From Cirrosporium novae-zelandiae (lineage: Eukaryota): a DNA stretch of 64,000 nucleotides. A program made the position numbers and the translations under genes. The DNA lies in assembly GCA_026023565.1 (NCBI GenBank), contig JAPETS010000006.1, forward strand, positions 682,001 to 746,000. The letters run 5' to 3'. This document shows, piece after piece, positions 36,400 through 47,291 of this stretch; positions within the stretch are counted from its first letter, which is position 1, and every line of letters begins with the position of its first letter. The notes under the pieces were generated by a model. That model worked only from the letters and a program-made list of their open reading frames with translations. It ran no database searches and was not told where the DNA came from.

Positions 36400-38100
36400 A
36401 AACGCTAACACCAGAACGCAGAAATTTAAAGAGCGAAAAAAGAAAAAAAACCAGCCTCACTCTGCATCCACCCACTCCACTCCACCCCACACCACATACT
36501 CCCCCTCCCACTTCCCTACCTACCCCGCAAGCCCCTCCCCACCACCCAGCCACATCCCTCCCTATCCATCACCCAACCCCTCACCTACTCGTAGCACAAA
36601 CCACAACCACAACCACAAACAGCCATAATAACCATAACCCTTCCAAATCCAACCCCTCTCCCCAACCCCCAAACCTGGAATTATTACATCCACACACACC
36701 CTTTATCCAAACAAACAAGAATCACAACCACAACCACAATCATAACAATAGCAATAGTAGTAGTAAAAAAAACACACAAAAAAGGAAAAACGAAACAAAG
36801 AGATATAATCATCCTAGTTCAAAAGAAAGAAAATAAATAAGATTAAGATCTTGTACTTTGATATAGATATATAAAAATAAATGAGGAGGGGGAGGAATAG
36901 AATGATACGGCCCCCCCTCCCCCCCTCCCTCCCAACAAAAGAAACATAAACATGCACGTATACACACAACAACACGACGCATACACAAACCGAAAAAACT
37001 CCCTTATCCCCACCCCCAATAATCCCGCATTAAAAAACCCCCCTTTTATTTCATCATTGTCCTTTCTACCCCGCCCTCGGGGTTATGAGGTTGTATGGCT
37101 ACTTATATTTGTGTTCTGTATCTATATTTCTCTATCTGTTTATCTGTTGATCTGTTGATCTGTTTATCATTGCTAGCATAGAAATCAAAGAAAAAAAAAA
37201 TAAGTAGGAAGTAGGTACCTAGGTAGGTATCCCCTAACATGACCTAGCCTAACCTAGCCTAACATAAGCCATACTATACCATACCATACTCTACTATACT
37301 ACACCATAGATAATCCAAATCCTATGTCCTATGTCCCTATGCCTTAGTAAACTACCAAACGCATACTGTACTACTAAACACATAGTCTACTAGCATTTTA
37401 TAGTCATATATATAAACTCCAACTTTCCCATCTCCATTTCTATATTATTTGAAAGAATATCTAGATAGGTAGGTAGATAGGTAAGTAGGTAGGTAAGTAG
37501 GTAGGTAAGTAATCCTAACCAGTCAGGTCCGCAGACCTGGTCCATAAATCCATGGGATATGGGATATGGGATATGGGATGGGAGGAGGAAGGGAAGGAAA
37601 CAAGAAGAAGGTTTAAGTTTTCTAAGTTTTTTCTTTCTTTCATTCTTGTCTTAGAAAGAACGGTATCAACATCAACAGTAACAGATTCTAGATTCCAGAG
37701 TTAAGAAAGCAAGAAAGGAAGCTCAGATAAAGATAAGAATGATTTCCTTTCTCTCTCTCTCTTTCTCTCTTTCTCTCTCCCCCTTTCCCCCCCCAATCCC
37801 CAAATCCCCCAATCTCATGCGCCAAAATGAACAAACTCCCCCCCACCCCCCCGTGGCCAAAATAAATAACTAATAATAGTAATAGATAATAATAATCAGT
37901 CTTTGTTAATTCGACAAATCCCACGCTTGCTTGCTTGCTTACTCCCCAGATTCAGCTTACTTGCTTGTTTTGCTGGACAAAAAAAAATCTCCTCTTTCCG
38001 TTAAAAACACCGAGCTGAAATCCCCCTCCCAAAAAGATAGCCACTTGTATGGGAAAGATAAAAAAAAGGTAAAATAGATAATCGGGTATTCCGCTTTTCC
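36400..38100. repeat. Microsatellite/low-complexity intergenic island ((CACAAC)n, (AGGT)n near 37465-37510, (ATGGGAT)n, (CT)n)
   Basis: Simple repeats read directly between convergent GH15 and JHD1 genes. Confidence 0.85.
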
Positions 38101-38139
38101 TCCATCAATATTCATATTCCTCCTCACTTGTCCTCTCCC

Positions 38140-41100
38140 TCACCCTCTCCTCCGTAATCCAAACTCTCCCTTCTTCAATTCTTCTAGCAGCTTCAACGTT
38201 TCTAAATCTGCAAAATTCTCATCCAAACTCATCCTATTCCTGGCTTTGTGGTGGCTCATCCCACTCGCCGCGCCAACACTCTTCGCTCCTGGACTCACTG
38301 TTGAACGTGAACGGGCACTACTCGATGCCCTGCGACTTCCTCCTGATGTTGATTTGGATGTGGAAGCACCCGCACCAATAGCATATGGAAGTACGTGACG
38401 GTTACTGGCACCTGATGAGGGTGATTGTTTGGCGCTTTTACTTATTGTTGGAGATGACCTTTCCCGCTTTGATGAACTTGCCGGAAATTCCTCTGGCACA
38501 TAACGCTCCGCTTGTTTTGGCTGTCTTGAGGAATGTCTGGAGCTACTGCTGGTAGTTGCTGGCGTTTGGACTGTCCTTGCGTTATCTCCCAACGGACTCG
38601 TTTCTTCATTTAATTCTTCAACGTCATTAAGGAGAGATTCGGGTGGTGAGGCGAGAGGTCCAATGGGATGAGGAGGTGTGGCTGACTTTCCTTCGGTTAT
38701 GGCACCACCGGCGGCTGATGGTGAAGCAAGTTCGACTGGTTGCATGGCGCTCGAAGGATCTGTGAGGTTAGGGGAAGGTTTGAAACGGTTTGTCAATAGT
38801 TCATTGTTGGGTATCGTGTGTGATGGCTTGCTACTTTCTGCATGTGAGATGCTCTGCTGATCACTCATATCTTTTTCAGCCGCATTGAAAATCGGCTGGA
38901 CGGTGTCTGTAGCAGCATTTTGTTCCATAGGAGACGTGCTGCGAGCATTGGCATGTTCCTGAAGTTGCTGTTGCAAGGATGTTATATCTGAAGCAACTAC
39001 ACCATTGGTTTCATTGATATCACCGTCTGTCTCTTGGACAGCTGAAGACGTACTCTGAAAGCCGCTATGATCTGATGATCTGTATTCCTCCTTAATTTTC
39101 TTCTTTGCCGGTTCTAGTGCAGGGTCAAGATTATTACTAGATCTCCTCTTGGGGATGATAGACCCTCTTGGTTTCGGTGGCTCTTGAGCTTTAGCTGGAT
39201 CAACATTGCCATTTTCATCGTGTATGCAACGACGTTTGCTTTTACGGCAGTCATCGCAGGCTTTTGTTCTGCCCTTTCTCGAAGCAAAGAAGCTTTCGGG
39301 ACTAAGAGCGGGGGCGGTTGTCCCGGTAGTAGGTTGGGTGTGATTGGTATCGGTGTGATTCGTAGTGGTGGAAGGGGAAACGCCGGTTTGATTAAGACTT
39401 TGGGGATGTGAGATATCCACTTTGCTATCATTGGCTTTGTTGATCCCGGTTGGTGTGTTAGGGGGATTAAAACCTTGATCATTCCTGTGCTTGCATTTCA
39501 TTCTCCGTTTCCTGCAAAAATCACAGGCAACTCGTTTTGGGCCCAATTTAGATGTCTTTGGAGTACTGCGGAACCCCGGTTGAAGGGTCGACTCAGAAGT
39601 AGGCGGAGGAGCTGGTTTTTGCTGTGCTTGCGATTGCATCCTTGCCGATTGCCTTTCTGGAGCAGCACGACACGTGTCAATTCCAGCTTTACGATCGAGT
39701 TCCCTCAGGGCGCGAGCACTAAGTTTCTTTTCCGTGGGTGCATCTTGAGCCACATCTGGAGAATTTTCAGGGTGCGCCCAACTTGGGATCAATTCATCTC
39801 CTCGCTTCCATGCTGCCCAGATCGCAAATGTTTTGATAAGTTCAAGTGGATCCCCAATTCCTTTAGGTATTGACCGCTTTACAGCTTTCAGGGTCTCGGC
39901 GGTTATTCCTTCAGTCAAGTCACCTTTCGCTATCAGGACTGTGCGTAAAAGATATCTTATAAGCCCTGGTAGCCCATCTAACTCGACCTGGGGATAGTAG
40001 CGAGCATTATAGCCTTCTGAACCTGGTTCGGCCTTATTTATTCGCTCGCCGAACTCATAATGAGCAGGTATGTCTCGGGGGAACTTTTCCCCTTGGCAAA
40101 GCGCTTCGCGAACACTGTCTGGAACTGGATCATCCTGAAGATATTTGATTGCGGTATACCACAGGATCTTTTGAAAATAAGGATAACGGAATTTCTTGTC
40201 CATTTTTGTGTTCTTTTCGATCTGGTTAACCCGTATTTGCATGTCATAGCTCATGCGCGTCAGAAAGTTACCTCCAATAACCAAGCTATTTTCAGGGGTC
40301 CAAACTGCGTGTATCCAGCCCGAGGGAATGAGCATTGTATCCCCTTCGGAAAGATCGACCCGGTAACATTCTTTGCATACATCTCCCAGAAAGGTGGTAT
40401 CCTGTTCCTTGGAATTGCACCATTTCTCATACTCCTTGAGATGCTTTTCTTTAGGAGGAATAAAGAAAAATGTTTTCTTGCCCTTGATGATGTGATAGTA
40501 GACGGATGAACCACCAAAGTCGATGTGAAAGTCTGTGTAGCAGTCGGCAACGGACATGAGACAGTAAAATTGGACCCTCGGAAAACTCCCCGTTTGTTTC
40601 AGCTCGTCGGGCCAGACAGAGTCTTGTAGGTCCAAGTCGCGGACGATCTTCGGCCGTCGGACTAGCTTTCCTAGTTTGCTCTGCGAGATTTCTAGACTGA
40701 TTACGTTCCGAACAGCTTTAGAACTGGGATTCTCATAGTATTCGGCCCATCGCCTCATTGTCCACATCTTGTCTTCTCCTTGTTGTGATTTGACATCAAT
40801 CACTTCCACCTTCTCGTCTGGACCGTAGAGGTCGGCGACTCTCCGTACTGTCAAGCCTTGAGGTATAACCATGTCAAGAGCATCCTGGCCACAGTCAATC
40901 GCTGGCTCGTATTCGAAATCATCGGTAGAAACTTCTTCAGACGGTTCTTGTTGGGGTTCGGATTCATAGCTGTAATCCATCAAATCGGGAGCATCCTCGA
41001 GATCCTCAAGATCGGAAATCCATGATGGTATAGGCCGAGGATTCATTGATGCAGGAACGCAAACTGGTTCTGTCATGCCCATACCCTTCTCAAAATATTC

Positions 41101-42522
41101 TGCAGTGACAAGCTCTGGTCTCATACGCGGGAAGTTGTCGGGAAGGAACTTTATCGTTCCATCTTTGATGGGTTTAATGTAGTGATGCTCCGGGTATTCA
41201 TCTGAGCTCTTAACTACACCCTGATTGAGTCCAGCATAGTCAATTGCCGTCCGAGCTCGAGAAGACTTTCGGACAAATGTTGTAGGGCCGTATATTGGTG
41301 TACACTCCTCACAGCTAAACTTATCAACGCTTCTAACATCGCGTTCATTACTGAATCCGACACAAGAGGCGTGAAACCACCTTTTGCAGCCATCACAGCT
41401 TATCCATGAAGTCATTTCACTATCACCTTCAAGCATGGCCCCAGCTTCATTGCATTTTGCGCACGTAGTTTGCGTTGACTGACTGCCGCCCTGCATATTT
41501 ATAGATTCCATTAACGGTTCGCTCGTTTGGTTTGTAGGAGGGTCTTGTATAGCTTCGGTGGGTGCATGTTTGGTAGAAGTTTCGGCAATTATCGCTTTAT
41601 CAGCTTGAGGTGAGGACGGAGGCATTTTGGAAGGCTCTATTGCGGATTTGAGCCGGATGGGACTTGATGAGAGCTTTATGATTTTCGAAGCATCATCAGC
41701 GACTTTAGAATCATCATTTAGATTAGGCGGCAGTTTTGACTCCTTGGAAGTATCATCAATCGTAGGAGGCGTTTTTTGATCATTTGAGATGGATGATGAT
41801 GCGGATTTATGGCTTTCAGTAATAATTGTAGTAGGTTGGACAGGTTCAGTCGTTGCGGTCGGTGTAGGATTTTGTTCATCTGGAATAGTATCTAACGCAT
41901 GAAGTTTTGATTGCGCCCCACTATCCCTTCCGCTGTATATAACTTGCGATTCTCCCTGCGACCAGGAGGAGTTGCGAGGTCGAGAGAAAAGGTGAAGGAG
42001 TAATTCCGCATCCTCGGTGGGGATAGTAACAGAGGCATGGCTCGTAGCAGGTCTTGATTCCGGTGGAGGTAACTCTGGAGATGGAAACTTTTCTGAGCGT
42101 GGTCTTTTCGCGGGTCGTTCATCATTATCCGGGTAGCTTGGGTACTGAGATAGAACAGCCAATACAGGTCGAGGTTCAGGGAAAATCTGCGACCGTGCCT
42201 GAGGACTGGTCGCAAGCGCGATGGATGCGAAAGTATCCATCGCCGAATCAGACCCATTCTGCTTTCCATTGGACAATTGTATCGGAGGTGATACTCGGGA
42301 GTGTGGAGTTTCATTATATTTGACCGTCCCCCAATTTATGTTATATGAAGACTGTTCGAGAGGGTATCGGCCTCTGTTGATGTACGAATCACTGTTCGCG
42401 GATGTGGAGGGGTAATGGGCGAAGGTGGGGGTAATTGGCTCGATAGCGTCACGAGGAGGTGAAGGAGTCCTGGGCCTAGGCTGAGGCAGCTCAAGGCTGA
42501 GTCGAAATCTCGTGGAGGTCAT
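38140..42522 (-). CDS. JHD1: JmjC-domain histone H3K36 demethylase with PHD finger (Jhd1/KDM2 type)
   Basis: Intronless 1460-aa ORF. PHD finger (CAKC...WISCDGCKRWFHASC...CEEC), JmjC Fe-binding YTDFHIDFGG...PSGWIHAVWT, and two C-terminal CxxCRxxxxxCxH motifs. Confidence 0.95.
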   Translation of the reverse strand: MTSTRFRLSLELPQPRPRTPSPPRDAIEPITPTFAHYPSTSANSDSYINRGRYPLEQSSYNINWGTVKYNETPHSRVSPPIQLSNGKQNGSDSAMDTFASIALATSPQARSQIFPEPRPVLAVLSQYPSYPDNDERPAKRPRSEKFPSPELPPPESRPATSHASVTIPTEDAELLLHLFSRPRNSSWSQGESQVIYSGRDSGAQSKLHALDTIPDEQNPTPTATTEPVQPTTIITESHKSASSSISNDQKTPPTIDDTSKESKLPPNLNDDSKVADDASKIIKLSSSPIRLKSAIEPSKMPPSSPQADKAIIAETSTKHAPTEAIQDPPTNQTSEPLMESINMQGGSQSTQTTCAKCNEAGAMLEGDSEMTSWISCDGCKRWFHASCVGFSNERDVRSVDKFSCEECTPIYGPTTFVRKSSRARTAIDYAGLNQGVVKSSDEYPEHHYIKPIKDGTIKFLPDNFPRMRPELVTAEYFEKGMGMTEPVCVPASMNPRPIPSWISDLEDLEDAPDLMDYSYESEPQQEPSEEVSTDDFEYEPAIDCGQDALDMVIPQGLTVRRVADLYGPDEKVEVIDVKSQQGEDKMWTMRRWAEYYENPSSKAVRNVISLEISQSKLGKLVRRPKIVRDLDLQDSVWPDELKQTGSFPRVQFYCLMSVADCYTDFHIDFGGSSVYYHIIKGKKTFFFIPPKEKHLKEYEKWCNSKEQDTTFLGDVCKECYRVDLSEGDTMLIPSGWIHAVWTPENSLVIGGNFLTRMSYDMQIRVNQIEKNTKMDKKFRYPYFQKILWYTAIKYLQDDPVPDSVREALCQGEKFPRDIPAHYEFGERINKAEPGSEGYNARYYPQVELDGLPGLIRYLLRTVLIAKGDLTEGITAETLKAVKRSIPKGIGDPLELIKTFAIWAAWKRGDELIPSWAHPENSPDVAQDAPTEKKLSARALRELDRKAGIDTCRAAPERQSARMQSQAQQKPAPPPTSESTLQPGFRSTPKTSKLGPKRVACDFCRKRRMKCKHRNDQGFNPPNTPTGINKANDSKVDISHPQSLNQTGVSPSTTTNHTDTNHTQPTTGTTAPALSPESFFASRKGRTKACDDCRKSKRRCIHDENGNVDPAKAQEPPKPRGSIIPKRRSSNNLDPALEPAKKKIKEEYRSSDHSGFQSTSSAVQETDGDINETNGVVASDITSLQQQLQEHANARSTSPMEQNAATDTVQPIFNAAEKDMSDQQSISHAESSKPSHTIPNNELLTNRFKPSPNLTDPSSAMQPVELASPSAAGGAITEGKSATPPHPIGPLASPPESLLNDVEELNEETSPLGDNARTVQTPATTSSSSRHSSRQPKQAERYVPEEFPASSSKRERSSPTISKSAKQSPSSGASNRHVLPYAIGAGASTSKSTSGGSRRASSSARSRSTVSPGAKSVGAASGMSHHKARNRMSLDENFADLETLKLLEELKKGEFGLRRRG

Positions 42523-42982
42523 GTTGAGCGGCTAAGAAGGTTGGTTTTGGTGAGGAATTGCGAGTAAAGGACGGAGGTGCCCGTTTGCCGTAAGTAGGTC
42601 TGCGCAGGAACAAATAGAAAGAAAAGATGGAGAGTATGTTATCGTAGCATGGTTCGCCCTCGACTCAGACCATTTATGGAAACAACTCTCGTTGAAATGA
42701 AGGCGAGGGCTTGGTGTGGAGTTGAATTGTTTTAACAATAGAGGGGATTTGCTGTTGCCCGCTTGAGTCGAGGTTCCTTCGCGGGCGGTTGTCTAACGGA
42801 CCTCGCTTAACCGCCCACCCGCCCTTATTACCCGCGGTCATCAATGTTTCCCGCTGTGTTTCCAGCAAGCAAGGCAGTACCTCTCTTGCTTTTACAAGAA
42901 TTCAATCTCTACCACTAATTAAAAGCTCCATACCAACCATCTCTTAAGAGAACCCTTTATACCCTGAGCCCTCCACCAAGAT

Positions 42983-43594
42983 ATGAGTCGCGCTGGAAAA
43001 CTTGCTCCGGAGGTGAATCGTGCGCTTTTTGTCAAGAACTTGAGGTATCCATCCTGCCTATTTTGATTGCCTGATGGCTCGGAAAACTAAATGGTTATCT
43101 CGAGGACTACACCGAAACAACAAAATTTGCTAACTGCGATGGTTCCCCAGCTACAACGTAACTCCAGAAGAGCTCTTCGATCTCTTCGGTAAATTTGGCC
43201 CCATTCGGTGAGTTTTCCGAGTGCTGCTGTAGAGCTCTGTACTCACGTGTTTGGAGCTCTCATGTTTATCTGGACATGAAATATTAATCATTTATTAGCC
43301 AAGTCCGTCAGGGCATCCAAAATACCACAAAGGGAACTGCATTTGTCGTCTACGAGGATGTTATGGACGCGAAGCAAGCTTGTGATAAGCTGAACGGATT
43401 CAACTTTCAAAATCGTTATCTCGTTGGTACGAAGCCTTTGAACATAATGATCAATAAAGGCCAAGGAATATACTAACTTGGATATTGCGCTAGTACTATA
43501 TCACCAGCCAGAGAAGATGGCCAAGTCGAAAGAAGACCTCGCACAAAGACAAGAAAACTTAGAACAGCTCAAACGTCAACACGGGATCGACTAG
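42983..43594 (+). CDS. SF3B6: U2 snRNP SF3b 14-kDa subunit (pre-mRNA branch-site protein p14)
   Basis: 4 exons (42983-43044, 43151-43207, 43299-43426, 43494-43594) give [45 protein letters not shown]...[36 protein letters not shown]. Absent from the ORF track; divergent from JHD1 (460 bp). Confidence 0.95.
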
Positions 43595-44620
43595 CGATTA
43601 CAGTCCACATGCGACCTTCATGTGGGCGAATCACGAATCCTTGAGTCCCGATCTCAGCGCTCCAAAAAAAGGAGCTTCCACGTTCATCGACTTCTGCTGG
43701 GGTTTTGGCGTTCACTGTCAGGGGATAATATGATACGGAAGATTGTCACAGGCAGACAGGCAGGTGGATAGGTGCAAATTGCCAAGAATATCAGTGGTTA
43801 ACTGGCCTTATGTGATTACGAGACACAATGGGATATCTCAATAAGATTAACTTTATTATGGGTATGGCCAAAGGCCATCTAGTGAAATCAGGGTTCAAAC
43901 GTGCGGCCTGAATATACTCTTTTCCAATATCTATTTCAGTTCAGTCGCAGGTCAATTCTGTATTTCGACGACTAACCAATAGGCAATCCCTTGTCCGAGA
44001 ATCCTTTATTGAGAATCCTTCATTGGGAATGTCTTCAGGGCCTTGAGTCTAGTGGACATGAGAAGGACCAAGCAATTCCCCACTGTATTTCTCGTTCTAA
44101 ATCTAACATCTATCATTTTCAGTAATCAATCCTTCTACTATCTCTAGGAACGATTATTGCTCATCTTTGAATAGGTAGGTTGGTTGTGAGGGGTCAAGAT
44201 AGCTGAGATAAGATAACTGGTAAGTACAAAGGTACTTCTCTTGGGTGTTTGTTTGTTGCCTGGTGTGGTGTATAGAGAGGATTGTGTGATGAGCAACAGC
44301 CGGACATGGCGGGGATTCCAAAACCCAAAAGGGCTCTCTAGCACCTCCGCATTTATTACCCGCAGAATGTCCAACGAAATCAGCTCGACGACCTCTCAAT
44401 TGACGACTCGGATTCTAGACGCCACCTATCATGTGCTCTGCCTGCCAAGACCTATCATCTTCCAGCGTCGGCATCTCGGGTCAATCTTCCATGTTATCGA
44501 CATCTACAAAATGTACAAGTACCGCATCAGTATCCTTATTTTCCTTTATTTTTTTTTCACCATGAGCTTCCAAGCCACAGGAAAACCTTGCAGGACCTCT
44601 AACCCTAGTGTGCTACGACT

Positions 44621-45701
44621 ATGTCATCGTCCTCTATGCACGGAAAGGTCATCGCCATAACAGGCGGGGCCTCCGGCATCGGCCTTGCCGCCGCAATAAT
44701 TCTCTACAACCGCGGGGCCTCTATCTCCATCGCCGACAACGACCAAGCAGCCCTCGACAAAGCTAGCACCCTATTCAAAAACCCTACCCCCACAACTCCC
44801 AACCCCCGCCTCAAACTAACCAACCTAGATGTCCGCAACCGAACCGCCGTTGACGCCTGGATCTCCTCCACCGTTACGTGGGGTGGCAAGAACCAACTCG
44901 ACTGCGCCGTCAACTCCGCCGGCGTAATCGGCAAGCACCATGGCATCAGGCCGGTCGAAGACCTCGACGACTCCCAGTGGGACCTGATCATCGGCGTAAA
45001 TTTAACCGGGATGATGTACTGCCTGCGGGCGGAGCTAAAGAATATGCCAGGGCCCGGAAGCGTGGTGTGCGTGAGTTCGATCCAGGGCACGAATGGATTC
45101 GCGCTCCATGGGGCGTATTCGGCAAGCAAGCATGGGATTTTGGGACTTGTGAGGTCGGCGGCGAAGGAGGTTGGAGGGAGGGGGGTTAGGGTTAATGCTA
45201 TTACGCCGTATGTTATTTTGTATTCTTTTGTTTCATACTTTTTTTGCATGCATCAACTTCTCGGTTTGAAATCTTCCTGAGGGGTTTGGAGCCAACGATA
45301 GAGAGGAGAGTGGTTGATAGACTTCCCACTCGAATGGATTTCCTACATACTGGTTCCCTTAACTCGCCATATCTATCCATAGGAAGTACACAGTGCATTC
45401 ATTACCCTACTTACTATCAACCACCCCTACCTTCCAGCCTAAACCTCTCCCCCTTCTCCCCAATTTCTTCACCCACCTCACTAACCCCCCTTTCTCCCCT
45501 AGTGGCGCAATAGCAACCCCCCTAATGGACAAGCGCGACGAGCTCTTCGGCGGCAAAGGCCAGGGCGACCAACCCACAACTCCCATTCCCAGACTCGGCA
45601 CCGCTGAGGAATGTGGAACGCTTATTGCGTGGTTGCTTAGTGATGAGGCGAGTTTTGTTACGGGGGGCACTTATGGTGTTGATGGGGGGTGGGGGTGTTA
45701 G
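44621..45701 (+). CDS. Classical short-chain dehydrogenase/reductase
   Basis: 2 exons (44621-45207, 45503-45701). [12 protein letters not shown], catalytic [16 protein letters not shown] and VDGGW motifs. Confidence 0.92.
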
Positions 45702-46127
45702 GGTGGATATGCGTGGAGTTTTTTGGGAGGGGGATGGGATGGGGGGATTGTAGATATGAAGTCCGGATGGTTAGTCTCGCTATGGGCATTGTTGATATAG
45801 TACCATGTATGGGATGGATGGATGGATGAAGGTGTGAAAGATATTTGTTTGGAGGTTTATTTGTGTGTGAATGTGCGTTGAGCTTGATTGATCCTAACTA
45901 ACTCGAATCGACTCGAACTAAATTTTGGAAGCTCTAGATATCCCATCCCAAGAAGTTAATCTAGAATTCTGGATATATATATGTTATATAAACCAGGTTT
46001 CCCGAATTCATATCCAATCCCTCCTTTCTTGAAAAGAACCCCCCCCTAAGGGCCAAATAAATTCCACAAGCAACTCCTCACGCCCAACTTCCCAAACCAA
46101 AAAAAAAGAAAGCCACCAGCCCCTAAA

Positions 46128-47291
46128 TCACAAACTCTCCTCCTCCCCAATTCTATAAACCAACTTCCTCCCACTAACCTTCCCCTCCCTCATCCTCTGC
46201 AACCCCTCCAAAACCCCCTCCAACCCCTTCCCAACCTCCGTCGGCACCGGCCGAACCTTCCCCTCCGCAATCAACCCCTCCGCAATCCCACTCCACATTT
46301 TCCAAAACTCAAAATCTTCTTTACTGACCGGCAAATCCAGTTTTCCGAGGAGGCAGCGCTCGCCTATGGCTGTATAACCGAAGGTAACTTTGTTGATAAT
46401 GTCTTTGCGGGGAAAGTCTTCGATGGGCTGGAGGGAGGAGTAGTGGCAGCCGCCGGTGGTGGTGGTGGTGGGGGAGGAGGAGAGGGCGGTGCAGCAGATG
46501 GAGACGGAGCTGGGCAGGGAATTGCGGTCGAAGATGGTGTTGGGCAGGGAAATACAGTCAAAGACGTGTTGGAGGGTGTTGTGGGTGTAGGCGTTTATTT
46601 TGGAGCCGCAGGAAGGGTCGTTGTAGTCGAAGACGGCGGTGGCGCCGAGGGATTTTACAAGGTCGAAGTTTCGGGGGGAGCAGGTCGTTATTACGGTTAG
46701 GTTGGAGCTAGGAAGTTTGTTAGTAGGGGTAGGGTAAGAAGTTAGGTTGCAGGAGGGGAAGGGGTAGTACAGTTTTGCGAATTGGATTGCTAGCATTCCA
46801 GTTGCGGTGCTGCCTCCGTATATCAAGAGGGGGAATGGTTCCTTGGCTGGCTCCGTAGGAAGTGGTAGCTTCAAGGTCTGGTACAATGCCTGTCCCACAG
46901 TCACAGTCCCCACCCCAAAGGTCGCCACATCTTCAAACTTCATCCCCTCCGGCATCCTCATCGCTACATCCCCCTTCACGACAATATACTCAGCAAAGGT
47001 TCCGTTCTCGTGATGCAGGGCATTGGCCCCGTGCGCCATGCCGAAGACACGATCGCCCTTCTTAAAGGGTTTGGTGACCTCGGGCCCGACCTCCACGACA
47101 ATACCCGCATAGTCGCAGCCGACGACGGCGCCGGTGCAGGGGATGTAGTCGATGTGTTTCCAGTCGGTGGGGTTGAGGGCTACGGCGATGGTCTTGACGA
47201 GCATGTAGCCCGGACGGATGGTGGGGAGGGGTATGGTGGTTATGGCGGCGTTTTTGGGGTCTTGGACTATGATTCCTTGTTGGGTCGACAT
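46128..47291 (-). CDS. Medium-chain reductase, trans-enoyl-reductase-like (LovC/ToxD/YNL134C type)
   Basis: Likely start MSTQQG at 47291, with one 63-nt intron (46770-46708). Motifs VALNPTDWK, GCDYAG.V, LIYGGSTATG, VFDY and GKVSGRKLV. Confidence 0.9.
   Translation of the reverse strand: MSTQQGIIVQDPKNAAITTIPLPTIRPGYMLVKTIAVALNPTDWKHIDYIPCTGAVVGCDYAGIVVEVGPEVTKPFKKGDRVFGMAHGANALHHENGTFAEYIVVKGDVAMRMPEGMKFEDVATFGVGTVTVGQALYQTLKLPLPTEPAKEPFPLLIYGGSTATGMLAIQFAKLYYPFPSCNLTSYPTPTNKLPSSNLTVITTCSPRNFDLVKSLGATAVFDYNDPSCGSKINAYTHNTLQHVFDCISLPNTIFDRNSLPSSVSICCTALSSSPTTTTTGGCHYSSLQPIEDFPRKDIINKVTFGYTAIGERCLLGKLDLPVSKEDFEFWKMWSGIAEGLIAEGKVRPVPTEVGKGLEGVLEGLQRMREGKVSGRKLVYRIGEEESL

Noticed and set aside
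43045..43150. SF3B6 intron 1 donor GTATCC looks U12-like
   Set aside because: It continues GTATCCAT, not GTATCCTT, and the branch point is an ordinary U2 GCTAAC rather than TCCTTAAC.
44621..47291. SDR plus trans-enoyl-reductase-like gene as a secondary-metabolite cluster
   Set aside because: No PKS, NRPS or terpene synthase is in the window; the neighbours are housekeeping genes (SF3B6, IMP3).
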